A model generated the notes under the pieces. It ran no database searches. It was given only the letters and a program-made list of their open reading frames with translations, and was not told the origin of the DNA. The translations under genes and the position numbers were made by a program. DNA of 64,000 nucleotides from a virus (Duplodnaviria > Caudoviricetes), in IMG/VR virus record IMGVR_UViG_3300022074_005559; one strand, written 5' to 3'. Shown one piece after another: positions 8,215 through 17,513 of the stretch (the stretch's first letter is position 1; the number at the start of each line of letters is the position of its first letter).

Positions 8215-8874
8215 ATGAAGTGTAAACTTATCAGTTACAGCCAACCTGCTGAGGATTTTGTAGCAGAGGGTATCGACAATGTGCAAGAACTTATTGCATA
8301 CTGTGCTCGTGTAAGTAATCCTAGCAATCAGATGAATACCGAAACAAGTGAAAAACTTATTAGGTATTTGGTTAAGCATGCGCACTGGTCACCGTTAGAA
8401 ATGGTCAGTGCTTGTCTTGAGATTGAAACTACTCGTGATATTGCACATCAGATTGTACGTCATCGTAGTTTCAGTTTTCAAGAGTTTAGCCAGCGTTATG
8501 CAAACCCTGTAGAGGACTTAGCGTTTGTTACTCGAGAAGCTCGTTTGCAAGACATGTCTAATAGACAAAACAGTATTGAAACAGATGATGATGAACTTGC
8601 TAAAGAATGGGCTATTCAACAAGACAAAGTTGTGCTACAGGCAGCAAAAGCATATGAATGGGCAACCAAAAACGGCATTGCTAAAGAACAAGCTCGTGTT
8701 GTTCTCCCAGAGGGACTTACTAAAACCCGTTTGTATATGAACGGTACACTTCGCAGTTGGGTACACTATATTGAACTGCGCGGTGCAAACGGAACACAAA
8801 AAGAGCATATGGAAATCGCTAAGGCGTGTGCCGAAGTTATTTCGACAATCTTTCCACTTGCTAAAACTCTCTAA
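8215..8874 (+). CDS. thyX: FAD-dependent thymidylate synthase
   Basis: HWSPLE, RHRSFSFQEFSQRY signature, EQARVVLP, and W-HY-LR near the C-terminus. Confidence 0.95.
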   Translation: MKCKLISYSQPAEDFVAEGIDNVQELIAYCARVSNPSNQMNTETSEKLIRYLVKHAHWSPLEMVSACLEIETTRDIAHQIVRHRSFSFQEFSQRYANPVEDLAFVTREARLQDMSNRQNSIETDDDELAKEWAIQQDKVVLQAAKAYEWATKNGIAKEQARVVLPEGLTKTRLYMNGTLRSWVHYIELRGANGTQKEHMEIAKACAEVISTIFPLAKTL

Positions 8875-8885
8875 AGGAGATTCCC

Positions 8886-9107
8886 ATGGGAGCAAAGCAT
8901 CCAATGGCTGTGGTAGCACAGCTCAATGCAAATAAAAACGAGTTCATTTTAGCGGCAAAACATTTGGTTCGGACTGGTGTAGTAAAATCAGCTGGAGATG
9001 CTATTAGGTACATGGAAGAAAACAATAGCAATGTAGATGATATCATAGAAGATATGATAAATGGATCATTGCAAAAACACAGTGTACAAGAAACAGAAGA
9101 TGAATAA
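8886..9107 (+). CDS. hypothetical protein (73 aa)
   Basis: AAGGAG RBS; overlaps the next start. Confidence 0.7.
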   Translation: MGAKHPMAVVAQLNANKNEFILAAKHLVRTGVVKSAGDAIRYMEENNSNVDDIIEDMINGSLQKHSVQETEDE

Positions 9108-10032
9108 TGTTTTAATCATTGGTGGATTAGGTTTTATCGGACATCACCTTGTAGGACAACTACAAGGTGATTTTCACGTTACAGTGGTGGATAGTCGTGC
9201 TAGTTACACTCCTTCGCAACTGTATACAGCCCGCAGAAATACAATCAAAACTATTGATGTACACAGCATGAACATTACAGATGTTGTAAGCACCGACTTC
9301 GAACAAGACTTTACAACAGTGGTGCACCTAGGCAGTTACCCAAACATTAAAGAGATCGAACGTAATCCTGCACTAGGCATCAGCAGTCTTACACATGGTG
9401 TATTTCACAGTATTGAACTAGCAAAGAAACTAGGCGCACAACGTTTTATTTACAGTTCAAGCAGCATGGTGTACGGAGACTTTACACAGAATCCTTGCCC
9501 AGAAACACACAGTAGAAATGCTAAAAGCATTTATGGTATTTACAAAAAAGCCGCGGAAGATTTGATAATCAGTCGTTGCGAAATGCTTGAAATGGATTAC
9601 ACTATTATACGTCCTATTGCAGTTTACGGTCCACGGGACAACGACAATCGTGTTATTAGCAAGTTCTTTAAACTTGCTAGAATGGGAGCAGAACTACCTG
9701 TGCGTGGTGATACTGCACTAGATGCTACTTATGTTATGGACACTGTACAAGGCTTTGAATGTGCAGTGCGTAGCAAAAACACAAACTTGATTGCAAACAT
9801 CAGCAGTGGCAAGAGTGTAACACTGCACAAAGTTGCAGAACATATTATTGATATAGTAGGCAGTGGAAGCATACAACAACTACCAAAAGATCCTATCTAT
9901 CCAAACAGAGGTGCGCTGGATATTACCACAGCAGAAACACTGTTAGATTACAAACCTCAGTACGACATCAAAAAAGGACTTAAAGCATATGATACCTTTT
10001 ACAGATCTACAGAGTCAGTATCAGGAATGTAA
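9100..10032 (+). CDS. NAD-dependent nucleotide-sugar epimerase/dehydratase (extended SDR); start 9100
   Basis: GGLGFIG Rossmann loop, YSSSSMVYG, catalytic YxxxK (IYGIYK / YKKAAE region) and IRPIAVYGP. Confidence 0.9.
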   Translation: MNNVLIIGGLGFIGHHLVGQLQGDFHVTVVDSRASYTPSQLYTARRNTIKTIDVHSMNITDVVSTDFEQDFTTVVHLGSYPNIKEIERNPALGISSLTHGVFHSIELAKKLGAQRFIYSSSSMVYGDFTQNPCPETHSRNAKSIYGIYKKAAEDLIISRCEMLEMDYTIIRPIAVYGPRDNDNRVISKFFKLARMGAELPVRGDTALDATYVMDTVQGFECAVRSKNTNLIANISSGKSVTLHKVAEHIIDIVGSGSIQQLPKDPIYPNRGALDITTAETLLDYKPQYDIKKGLKAYDTFYRSTESVSGM

Positions 10033-11068
10033 ACGTGAGATTGATGCGGCAATAGAACATTGTTTACGCAACAACAGTTTCATTACAGGCAAAGACACAC
10101 AAAGATTTGAAGAAGAAATAAAAGCATACACAGGTGCAGAAGCCTGTGCGGCATGCGGTAGCGGCACCACTGCACTACAGATTGCATTAAAAGCCTGTGG
10201 TATCGGAGCAGGCGATGAAGTTATTACTGTAAGTCATACGTTTGTAAGCACGCCGGAAGCAGTGTGTACAGTGGGCGCAACACCTGTATTTTGTGACGTC
10301 GATCCAGTAAATGCATGTATAGATATATCACTAGTAGAGACGCTCATAACAGATCGTACACGGGCAATACTATGGGTGGACTTATATGGGCAAACCCCCG
10401 ATGTAGATGCGCTGTTAGAACTTTGTCGCAAGCACGATCTCTATGCTATCGAAGATGCCGCACAGAGTTTTGGCTACCAATACAAAGGTCGTAGAGTAGG
10501 TAGCCTTGCTGACCTAACTTGTATTAGTTTTAATCCTGTTAAGAACTTAGGTGCTATCGGCGATGCAGGCTGCGTAACTGGTCGCAAAGACCTAGTTGAC
10601 CTTGCAAGAATGTATAGTAACCATGGACGTAACACAAAATATGTGTACGAACATTTAGGATACAATGCTCGTATTGATAATATTCAAGCACGGGTAGTAC
10701 AAGCAAAACTTCCTTATCTACAAGCCTGGCTTGACCGAAAACGTGAGATTGCACAGTACTATACAAAAGAACTAACTGGCTTGTATAACACACCAGTAGA
10801 AGAAGATTGGGGCAATCACAGTTACTATGTTTATGTGTTAGAGCATCCAGAACGAAATCAGATTAGGAAACAACTGTTAGAAGCAGGTATCCAAACAAAT
10901 GTTCATTATGAAAATCCTGCGCATTCCACACCTGCTTTTGAAAAATGGTATCGTAGTTTGCCTGTAACAGAACTCAAAAGTAAAGTTATCTTTAGTATTC
11001 CTGTTTTTCCTCATCTCAAGGACGAGCAAGTAGAGTACATTGCTCGAGAGGTAAAAAGACTAGCATGA
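9989..11068 (+). CDS. DegT/DnrJ/EryC1/StrS PLP-dependent sugar aminotransferase
   Basis: MIPFTDL start, SGTTALQIAL, GDEVIT, IEDAAQS, SFNPVKNLGAIGDAG (PLP Lys) and NARIDNIQA. Confidence 0.95.
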   Translation: MIPFTDLQSQYQECKREIDAAIEHCLRNNSFITGKDTQRFEEEIKAYTGAEACAACGSGTTALQIALKACGIGAGDEVITVSHTFVSTPEAVCTVGATPVFCDVDPVNACIDISLVETLITDRTRAILWVDLYGQTPDVDALLELCRKHDLYAIEDAAQSFGYQYKGRRVGSLADLTCISFNPVKNLGAIGDAGCVTGRKDLVDLARMYSNHGRNTKYVYEHLGYNARIDNIQARVVQAKLPYLQAWLDRKREIAQYYTKELTGLYNTPVEEDWGNHSYYVYVLEHPERNQIRKQLLEAGIQTNVHYENPAHSTPAFEKWYRSLPVTELKSKVIFSIPVFPHLKDEQVEYIAREVKRLA

Positions 11069-11958
11069 AGTTTTGGTTAGTAGGTGCTGGCTATTGGGGC
11101 AGTAAAGTCAAAGAAACATTGGAAAACATTAATGGCGTAACAGAAGTTGCAGTCATTGATGTTAAGAATGGTCAGACCATTGACGACATTGACACTGTAG
11201 ATCCTGTTATTCTAGCAACGCCACTTTGGCAACACTATGAACAAGCGAAGATATTGCTACAACGTGGACATGATGTTTATGTAGAGAAGCCAATGGCTGA
11301 AACATTGGAGCAGTGCAGAGAACTTAAGAGCTTACTTGTAGGCGATCAAGTGTTAATGGTTGGTCATATCTTTTTATACAATCCACTTTGCACCATGCTG
11401 AAAGAGTTTATTGAATGGGGCAGACTAGGAGACACTATTCACGTTGAAAGCCGTAGACTTAACTGGGGTATTAGACAAACACAAACAACTCCTTTGCTTA
11501 GTCTTGCACCACATGATGTTAGCATTATTAACTATCTAACAGAGCGTGTAGCACAGCCTACATGGGCAAGCAGTCAAAACCTTAGCTACAATAGTGTACC
11601 AGACATGATAGAGTTTGGCGGCTATAACTTTAACTGTAAAGTAAGTTGGTGGTGGCCCAAACGTGAACGCATTGTTACGGTTGTAGGCGATCGAGCTCAA
11701 GCAGTATGGGACGAAGATGCAAAAACACTAACTGTATACAATGGTCAAATGGAAGAAAAGTATCCTGTTAGAGAACTTAAAGGTACTGTGTATGGTGGGG
11801 ATGATTTAGTGTCTCACAAGTCACCGCTTGAAATAGAACTCGATCATTTTAGTGCTTGTTGTTTGCGCAGGCATCAACCTACCACAGGCATTGATAATGC
11901 TATTGAAGTTGCAACTGTGCTTGATCAGGTTGACAAACTTCTTCAAAATAACTCTTAA
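11065..11958 (+). CDS. Gfo/Idh/MocA family oxidoreductase
   Basis: GAGYWG, ATPLWQHYE, VYVEKPM, MVGHIFLYNP and LAPHD. Confidence 0.92.
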   Translation: MKFWLVGAGYWGSKVKETLENINGVTEVAVIDVKNGQTIDDIDTVDPVILATPLWQHYEQAKILLQRGHDVYVEKPMAETLEQCRELKSLLVGDQVLMVGHIFLYNPLCTMLKEFIEWGRLGDTIHVESRRLNWGIRQTQTTPLLSLAPHDVSIINYLTERVAQPTWASSQNLSYNSVPDMIEFGGYNFNCKVSWWWPKRERIVTVVGDRAQAVWDEDAKTLTVYNGQMEEKYPVRELKGTVYGGDDLVSHKSPLEIELDHFSACCLRRHQPTTGIDNAIEVATVLDQVDKLLQNNS

Positions 11959-13165
11959 GCCAATCCCACCTAAATGTTTTCTTTAGCTCAACGACGTTGT
12001 CTTTGTGCTGATTGTAAAACTCTACACCATGACGAGCGCCAGCAGTGCAATACTGTGCATAGTCGCCTTCTGCATGTTCACACCAAACTTTAAGTCTGTA
12101 GCGTGTTTCAATAGTGGGGGCTTCATCCATTTGCTGTGCTAGTTTGATTGTTTCTCTAAATGCAGCACGCCATGTTTCAAACGGACTTGTGTTGAACACA
12201 CCATAGCAACTTGTTTCAGGCACAACATCATGTCTGTGACTCATTGTGTAGTCTAGTCCTAGTTTCTCATAATCGTGACTGTCTAAGACCATTTGACGAT
12301 GGTAAAGTATAACGCCCATGTGTCCATACTCTAATCCATTCACTAGATTCTTACAGTTAAAGATATAGTGCTTGTCGCCCTGCAATCTATCTGGCAAGTA
12401 ACTAAAATCAAAGTCCTCGTGTAAACGTGTTTTGGCAAACACTGCAAAGAACCAATCTGTTTCGCTCATCACTGCCGCTTGATAAAGTGCATTTTCCATG
12501 CCTTCTACACCATGTAATCTCTTGGTGCGCGGATGCTTTTCTTTCAGTATATCATAGTTTAAATCGGCGTTTTTTTCGTCATAACTAATGAACACTACAT
12601 CTTGTGGTTTTTCATCCACATTCCAGTCGATATGACGCAATATGTATGGGTAGTCGTAGTGCTGAGTGCGAAAATGCGTTTTACAGTCGCGTGGCACCAA
12701 GAGTACACTACCGTTTGTACCAAAGGCATGTAAAATACGTTTTTCCCAAAGATTAGGATAGAACTCAAAACGTGCATCACTGTAATGATGCCAATCATAC
12801 ATGTTACCTAATGTAGTACGAGGTACACCGTCGCTGTGCCAGTTAATGTGTTCATACCAGCCCAATACCTTAAGGCCCTCTGCTTGACGCTTAAAAGCGT
12901 GTACAGGTACCAGAAAAGTATCGCCGTATTGTTGATCACCGCTTGCCCAGCAATGTATTTGATCCGCTTCCCAAGGTACAGGTTGCCAAGCAAAGTCAAA
13001 GTCTGTATAGTCACACAAGTCACTCACAATCCAAACATATTCTGTTGTAGCACGTTCTACAATACGTTTGATAGTTGCTAGATGCGTATTGTTATAGCGT
13101 GTGTATTTTGTGTGCGCAGGCAGGTCAGTTTTGCCACCCATTTGCATACAGTAAATGTCAAACAT
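11900..13165 (-). CDS. glycosyltransferase-like protein with degenerate N-terminal duplication (start 13165)
   Basis: TAATG coupling gives MFDIYC. The C-terminal half (DVVFISYDE, HGVEG, NGLEYG, WRAAFRE) is paralogous to 31008..31919. Confidence 0.7.
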   Translation of the reverse strand: MFDIYCMQMGGKTDLPAHTKYTRYNNTHLATIKRIVERATTEYVWIVSDLCDYTDFDFAWQPVPWEADQIHCWASGDQQYGDTFLVPVHAFKRQAEGLKVLGWYEHINWHSDGVPRTTLGNMYDWHHYSDARFEFYPNLWEKRILHAFGTNGSVLLVPRDCKTHFRTQHYDYPYILRHIDWNVDEKPQDVVFISYDEKNADLNYDILKEKHPRTKRLHGVEGMENALYQAAVMSETDWFFAVFAKTRLHEDFDFSYLPDRLQGDKHYIFNCKNLVNGLEYGHMGVILYHRQMVLDSHDYEKLGLDYTMSHRHDVVPETSCYGVFNTSPFETWRAAFRETIKLAQQMDEAPTIETRYRLKVWCEHAEGDYAQYCTAGARHGVEFYNQHKDNVVELKKTFRWDWLKSYFEEVCQPDQAQLQLQ

Positions 13166-14166
13166 TAGAATCCTCTGATAAGTTCTACGTCTATGTCTTG
13201 GTCTATTGCACTTAATATTTGATTGCATCTTGCGTGTAGTTCTACAAAATGTTGTCTATTTTTGTAGGCTCTTTTCATAACATCAGGTAATACTTTTGTA
13301 GTTGCGAGTCGCTTTATTTCTTTACAAAAAAGTTCTTGTCTTACATGACTTTCGTGTTGCAAATCATATGTAAAATCTACAATATCTCTGTAAATGTCAA
13401 ACCCAAGACTTTCCAAATAATGCATCATTCCTTGTTGTCCTAAACTCACAACAATCTTTCCCCAGAGAAATCCTTTATATCCTTTTTCACTTAGCCAAGG
13501 ATATTTTTCTCCTTGAAATGTTTCTGCATTAAAATCGAATAAAAAGTCTTGCTGTGGAAAATACCACTGCGCACTTCTTGGAGGATGATTATAGTCGTCG
13601 TTGTATTCAGGATCGTCAAAGTTTCTAAAAGTTTCACTGCCAATAGTAATCTGTGAGTGAATAGTTCCATCATCTTGCCTGTCTCTGAAACTGACGTATC
13701 CTAGGTGTACAAGATTTTCTTTCACCAAAAAATCATATATTGCAACTCTTTCTGGTGTGTTTCTATTACTTAGGTAGCAATAGGATTTATTTGGCTCGGT
13801 TATATCGGGTAGGTTATAGAGATCTAAATGTAATCCAACTTGTCCTAATGCTATCAAAGGCACACAACAATAGGTAAAGTTGTCATACTTTTGCAAAGCA
13901 ACAAACTCTTTGTCTGGTCTTCTTGCGCAGTAAAAATAAACCAGTTCTGTACATAAATTGTTATTATCTCTTTTATCTAGTAGGTTTTGTATGTGATTTG
14001 CCAGAGATTCGCTAGGAAATAAATCCAGTGCATGATGCACAAACATATGCACATTGCCTCGTTGTTTATAACAAACGCTGATGTTATTTTGTAGATCTAA
14101 AAGTCTAAATCCAGCATCATATAAAGGCGTAGGAATAGCACTTAAATGATAAGGATCTAACTGCAT
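13165..14166 (-). CDS. GT-B-like putative glycosyltransferase (ET...EKxxK family)
   Basis: C-terminal FDFNAETF...LSEKGYKG...LGFDIYRDIVDFTYD is shared with 20412..21368 and 30052..31014 and is reminiscent of GT10-like C-termini. Confidence 0.55.
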   Translation of the reverse strand: MQLDPYHLSAIPTPLYDAGFRLLDLQNNISVCYKQRGNVHMFVHHALDLFPSESLANHIQNLLDKRDNNNLCTELVYFYCARRPDKEFVALQKYDNFTYCCVPLIALGQVGLHLDLYNLPDITEPNKSYCYLSNRNTPERVAIYDFLVKENLVHLGYVSFRDRQDDGTIHSQITIGSETFRNFDDPEYNDDYNHPPRSAQWYFPQQDFLFDFNAETFQGEKYPWLSEKGYKGFLWGKIVVSLGQQGMMHYLESLGFDIYRDIVDFTYDLQHESHVRQELFCKEIKRLATTKVLPDVMKRAYKNRQHFVELHARCNQILSAIDQDIDVELIRGF

Positions 14167-15641
14167 ACCTTAACACCGTATCTTTCCTCGAAGCGATCTG
14201 CGTCACTGCGATTGTTTACCATGGGTTCGCCTTTGATGTTAAGACTGGTATTCAGCAACATAGGACAGCCTGTCATAAAGTACCACTTCTCAAGCAGTGC
14301 TCTTACTCCTGGGTGATCGTTTTTACCTACTGTTTGCACACGACTTGTGCCATCTTTGTGTACAATAGCAGGAAACAGTTCTGGGTTTTTGCAAATATAT
14401 GTTCCTTGCATGTATGGATTTTTATCATCCAGTAGATTACTAAAGTGTTCTGTAAAGTGTTCTTCTAATATCATGGGTGCAAATGGACGAAACTTTTGTC
14501 TGCGTTTAATATCATTTACACGATCCTTGATGTCCTCGCCACGTGGATCTGCAAGTAGACTGCGAGTGCCTAATGCTCTAGGACCAAACTCTGCACGACC
14601 AGTAGCAACACCCACAATCTTTTCAGTCATTAGTTCGCCTATTACAGCATCAACAGGATATTCGCCGCCCATGTCATGTCCTAGATAAGGACCTTGCCAG
14701 TTAAGACGTTTACCATAACGCAATGCCGCGCTGCCTAAACTACTGCCACAGTCACCTGGATTAGGCATAATCCACATATCAGCAACTTCTTTGCGTATCT
14801 TACTGTTAGCAACACAGTTAAGAGCAACACCGCCCATGAACACAAGATTGCGATTTCTGCCGCAGTGTGTTTTCACAAGATTCATAAGCAACTGTTCAAC
14901 GACTTTTTGTGCTCCTGCCGCTAGATCATACTTGCTAAGTCCAGTGCCTGCAAAGTAGTCCCCTGGTAAGCCAGCATGCATGTTTTCTGTAAATGTACAA
15001 CGTTCAGCATCATCCACAAGTTTACCAACTTCTTCAAATGCTGTTAAGTAAGGTTTGCCATATGCCGCCATGCCCATGAGGATGTATTCATCTTCCATGG
15101 GCTTTAATCCAACATAGTCTGTGATTGCACTGTACATTAATCCAATACTGTGAGGATACTTCTGCCCCCATACTTTTTGGTACTGCGCATATCCTTCTGC
15201 ATCATAATGTGCGTCCCATACAGAGATTGTATCCCACTCTCCAATAGCATCTACTACTAGTACAGTAGCAGTGTCGTAAGGACTTGTTTGGAATCCTGCT
15301 GCGGCATGTGTAAGGTGATGATTGTGATAGGCTATGTGCATATCGAAATCAAAGTATTCATGTGCAGCACTGATTTGACGTTCTGGACTTGGTGTCGAAA
15401 ATATTTTACGCCATTCGCCACTGCGCAACTGACGTATTTGTTTTATTAGTGGACGTTCATACCAACTAATATCACTAGGCTCGCCGTAACTCAGTGCATC
15501 ATCTAACAGTGCATGGTTAAGATTGGCATCGTTTTTAACACCACTGTATCTTTCAGCATGTCCCGCGAATAGTATGTTTCCGTTTAAGTCGATTACTGTT
15601 GCGCCAGCATCGTGAAATCCTGCGCTAAGTCCTAGATACAA
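14157..15641 (-). CDS. NodU/CmcH/TobZ-family carbamoyltransferase (probable TTG start 15641; ORF open to 15698)
   Basis: GFHDAG, HHLTHAAAG, VDAIGEW, EYILMGMAAYG, GGVALNCVAN, EFGPRALGTRSLLADPR, RPFAP, VHKDGTSRVQTV and LLNTSLN. Confidence 0.95.
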   Translation of the reverse strand: MYLGLSAGFHDAGATVIDLNGNILFAGHAERYSGVKNDANLNHALLDDALSYGEPSDISWYERPLIKQIRQLRSGEWRKIFSTPSPERQISAAHEYFDFDMHIAYHNHHLTHAAAGFQTSPYDTATVLVVDAIGEWDTISVWDAHYDAEGYAQYQKVWGQKYPHSIGLMYSAITDYVGLKPMEDEYILMGMAAYGKPYLTAFEEVGKLVDDAERCTFTENMHAGLPGDYFAGTGLSKYDLAAGAQKVVEQLLMNLVKTHCGRNRNLVFMGGVALNCVANSKIRKEVADMWIMPNPGDCGSSLGSAALRYGKRLNWQGPYLGHDMGGEYPVDAVIGELMTEKIVGVATGRAEFGPRALGTRSLLADPRGEDIKDRVNDIKRRQKFRPFAPMILEEHFTEHFSNLLDDKNPYMQGTYICKNPELFPAIVHKDGTSRVQTVGKNDHPGVRALLEKWYFMTGCPMLLNTSLNIKGEPMVNNRSDADRFEERYGVKVCS

Positions 15642-16344
15642 AAGCCCGCTCCTGTACAAAAGTTCCGGCTGTCTTCTTATTTCCTTCTTCCCATCCATTG
15701 TTGGTGAGAAGTTGTTTTACATCGTTATTGAAACCCATGCTACCACAAATCATTACTTTGTCTTTGCTAGCAACACTGTCTGTCATCAATGTTCCCTGTT
15801 TGATCATTGTGGTAATACGTTGATTGCAACCAGTCCATTCTCTGTCCTGAGTTACAATAGGTGTGTAGTCAATGGGCAACTCTTGTAGAAACTCATGATA
15901 ACTGTGTAGCTCTGCAGGTGTTCTCACACTCCAAGCAACATGTATTTTATCAAAACTATCAAACGTTTCTGGATCACGCAGTAAACTTATAAAAGGCGCA
16001 ATGCCTGTGCCTGTTGCTAGCATCCATAAGTTGCCGCCCAGTTCTAAGTTTGCAAGTGTTAGTGTACCCGTAGGTTTGTTGCCTACTTCAATAGTATCTC
16101 CAACACGAATGTGTTGCAGTCTACTTGTAAGCGGCCCATCTTGAACTTTAATACTGTAGAACTCTATATAGTCATCATACGGACCGCTTGTGTAACTGTA
16201 CGCTCTATTAATGTCATCATCACCCATGCCAATCATAGTAAACTGTCCAGCAGTGTATCTATAACTTACAGGACGTTCAGTGCGTATTCTAAAAAGCGTA
16301 TCTGTGTAGTGCTCTACTTCAATAACTTTTAAAAAATCACTCAT
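15625..16344 (-). CDS. fpr: ferredoxin/flavodoxin-NADP+ reductase
   Basis: RAYS FAD motif, GPLTS, ATGTGIAPF, MICGS and terminal ERAF. Confidence 0.92.
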   Translation of the reverse strand: MSDFLKVIEVEHYTDTLFRIRTERPVSYRYTAGQFTMIGMGDDDINRAYSYTSGPYDDYIEFYSIKVQDGPLTSRLQHIRVGDTIEVGNKPTGTLTLANLELGGNLWMLATGTGIAPFISLLRDPETFDSFDKIHVAWSVRTPAELHSYHEFLQELPIDYTPIVTQDREWTGCNQRITTMIKQGTLMTDSVASKDKVMICGSMGFNNDVKQLLTNNGWEEGNKKTAGTFVQERAFVSRT

Positions 16345-16451
16345 TTGTATATAAAAGGATCCCGTTTTTTAAGTTCTTTTAAACGCTTGCGGTAGCGTAG
16401 TTCCATTTTAATTTTATTATAAATCTTTTTAAACCAGTTAACCACTGACAT
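16341..16451 (-). CDS. 36-aa basic peptide (absent from ORF track)
   Basis: Translated by hand as MSVVNWFKKIYNKIKMELRYRKRLKELKKRDPFIYK. ATGA-coupled to fpr, with a GAGG RBS upstream. Confidence 0.75.
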   Translation of the reverse strand: MSVVNWFKKIYNKIKMELRYRKRLKELKKRDPFIYK

Positions 16452-16623
16452 ATATTTCCTCATCCTCAGGTCTGTACCAAACTTTTTGGTGATAAAACTT
16501 TCCGAGAAGTTCTTGTACTTCTTTAGCTCTATTAGGCTGTGTTTGCTGATAACTTATTAAACTCATTTCAATAAGTGCAAGTTCTTTTACTGTTAGTTTA
16601 AAATCTTCATTGGGTTTAACCAT
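16438..16623 (-). CDS. small conserved hypothetical protein (61 aa)
   Basis: Fits the operon packing; ELLGKFYHQKVWYRP...YVSG tail. Confidence 0.7.
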   Translation of the reverse strand: MVKPNEDFKLTVKELALIEMSLISYQQTQPNRAKEVQELLGKFYHQKVWYRPEDEEIYVSG

Positions 16624-17037
16624 TTATAGTTCACCGTCCTCTCTCATTTTTGCTCTAATATTTGTAGCACTAATATTATGTATGTCAGCACCTAAGTCAT
16701 GTTCTGTGAATGTGTAGCCTACACCTCTGCCGTAACTAATGTCTACAATATTTGGTACACGCATAATGATGTACTCTCGTGCATATTCATACCCTGCAGC
16801 ACTTAGTCCTTCTTTAATATTCTTAAACACTGTTTCTTGGTCAAATGGATTATCAGTTTGTGCGGCTGTGCGTCCTGCGCCAGCGTCATTGCCTACGATA
16901 CCGCCTACGTCACGCACCATAATACATACTTGTCCTGTTTCTGCAAGTGCCCGTTCGAACAGTGCAGTGTGTCCATCATGCCATGGTTGCCATCTACCTA
17001 GCATTTCTGTTGTAGGCTTTTGCCAATCAAAACTCAT
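16624..17037 (-). CDS. HxGH nucleotidyltransferase (cytidylyltransferase/NadM-like)
   Basis: MLGRWQPWHDGHTALF, ISYGRGVGY and ISATNIR (KMSKS-like position). Confidence 0.8.
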   Translation of the reverse strand: MSFDWQKPTTEMLGRWQPWHDGHTALFERALAETGQVCIMVRDVGGIVGNDAGAGRTAAQTDNPFDQETVFKNIKEGLSAAGYEYAREYIIMRVPNIVDISYGRGVGYTFTEHDLGADIHNISATNIRAKMREDGEL

Positions 17038-17513
17038 TATATTCTCTCCGTTGGTTTATTTTGCATTCTTAACATATAGTTGTTTACTACTTTACATAGT
17101 TCAGCATGTGTGTCATTGAACCATTCTGCTACATGATAGTCGCACAGTGGCGGTGCTTCAAACATTTTATTTGTTTGTTCAAATGTACTGCCTGGTGCGG
17201 CTGGTCCGTTCACACTTTGTGATTCTTTTACTGTGTCCATCCATACTGTAAAGTCTGGATCAAACTGTGCTCTTGCTGCTTCTGTTGGACATACAAAGTC
17301 TGCTACAGCAATTTTACCTGCCATTACAACTCCATCGCTAAGAAAGCGCATACGCAGTGCCTGTCTCATCCTGCCTTCTGGAGTAAAGTCCCAATCATCG
17401 TAATGGGTGCGTACTTTATCTGCATTGATCCATACAGCGCCTAATAGTTCTGCAAGTGGTTCGGCAAGTGTGCTTTTACCACTGCCTGGTAGCCCAAATA
17501 TTAATATTTTCAT
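17037..17513 (-). CDS. adenylylsulfate-kinase-like P-loop kinase
   Basis: GLPGSGKST, INADKVR, DWDFTPEGRMRQA, ADFVCP and FEAP. Confidence 0.8.
   Translation of the reverse strand: MKILIFGLPGSGKSTLAEPLAELLGAVWINADKVRTHYDDWDFTPEGRMRQALRMRFLSDGVVMAGKIAVADFVCPTEAARAQFDPDFTVWMDTVKESQSVNGPAAPGSTFEQTNKMFEAPPLCDYHVAEWFNDTHAELCKVVNNYMLRMQNKPTERI

Noticed and set aside
16341-16623. Small ORFs as RiPP precursor peptides for the radical SAM enzymes
   Set aside because: There is no leader/core pattern, RRE domain, peptidase or transporter, and the surrounding enzymes are carbohydrate-directed. Not excluded, but unsupported.
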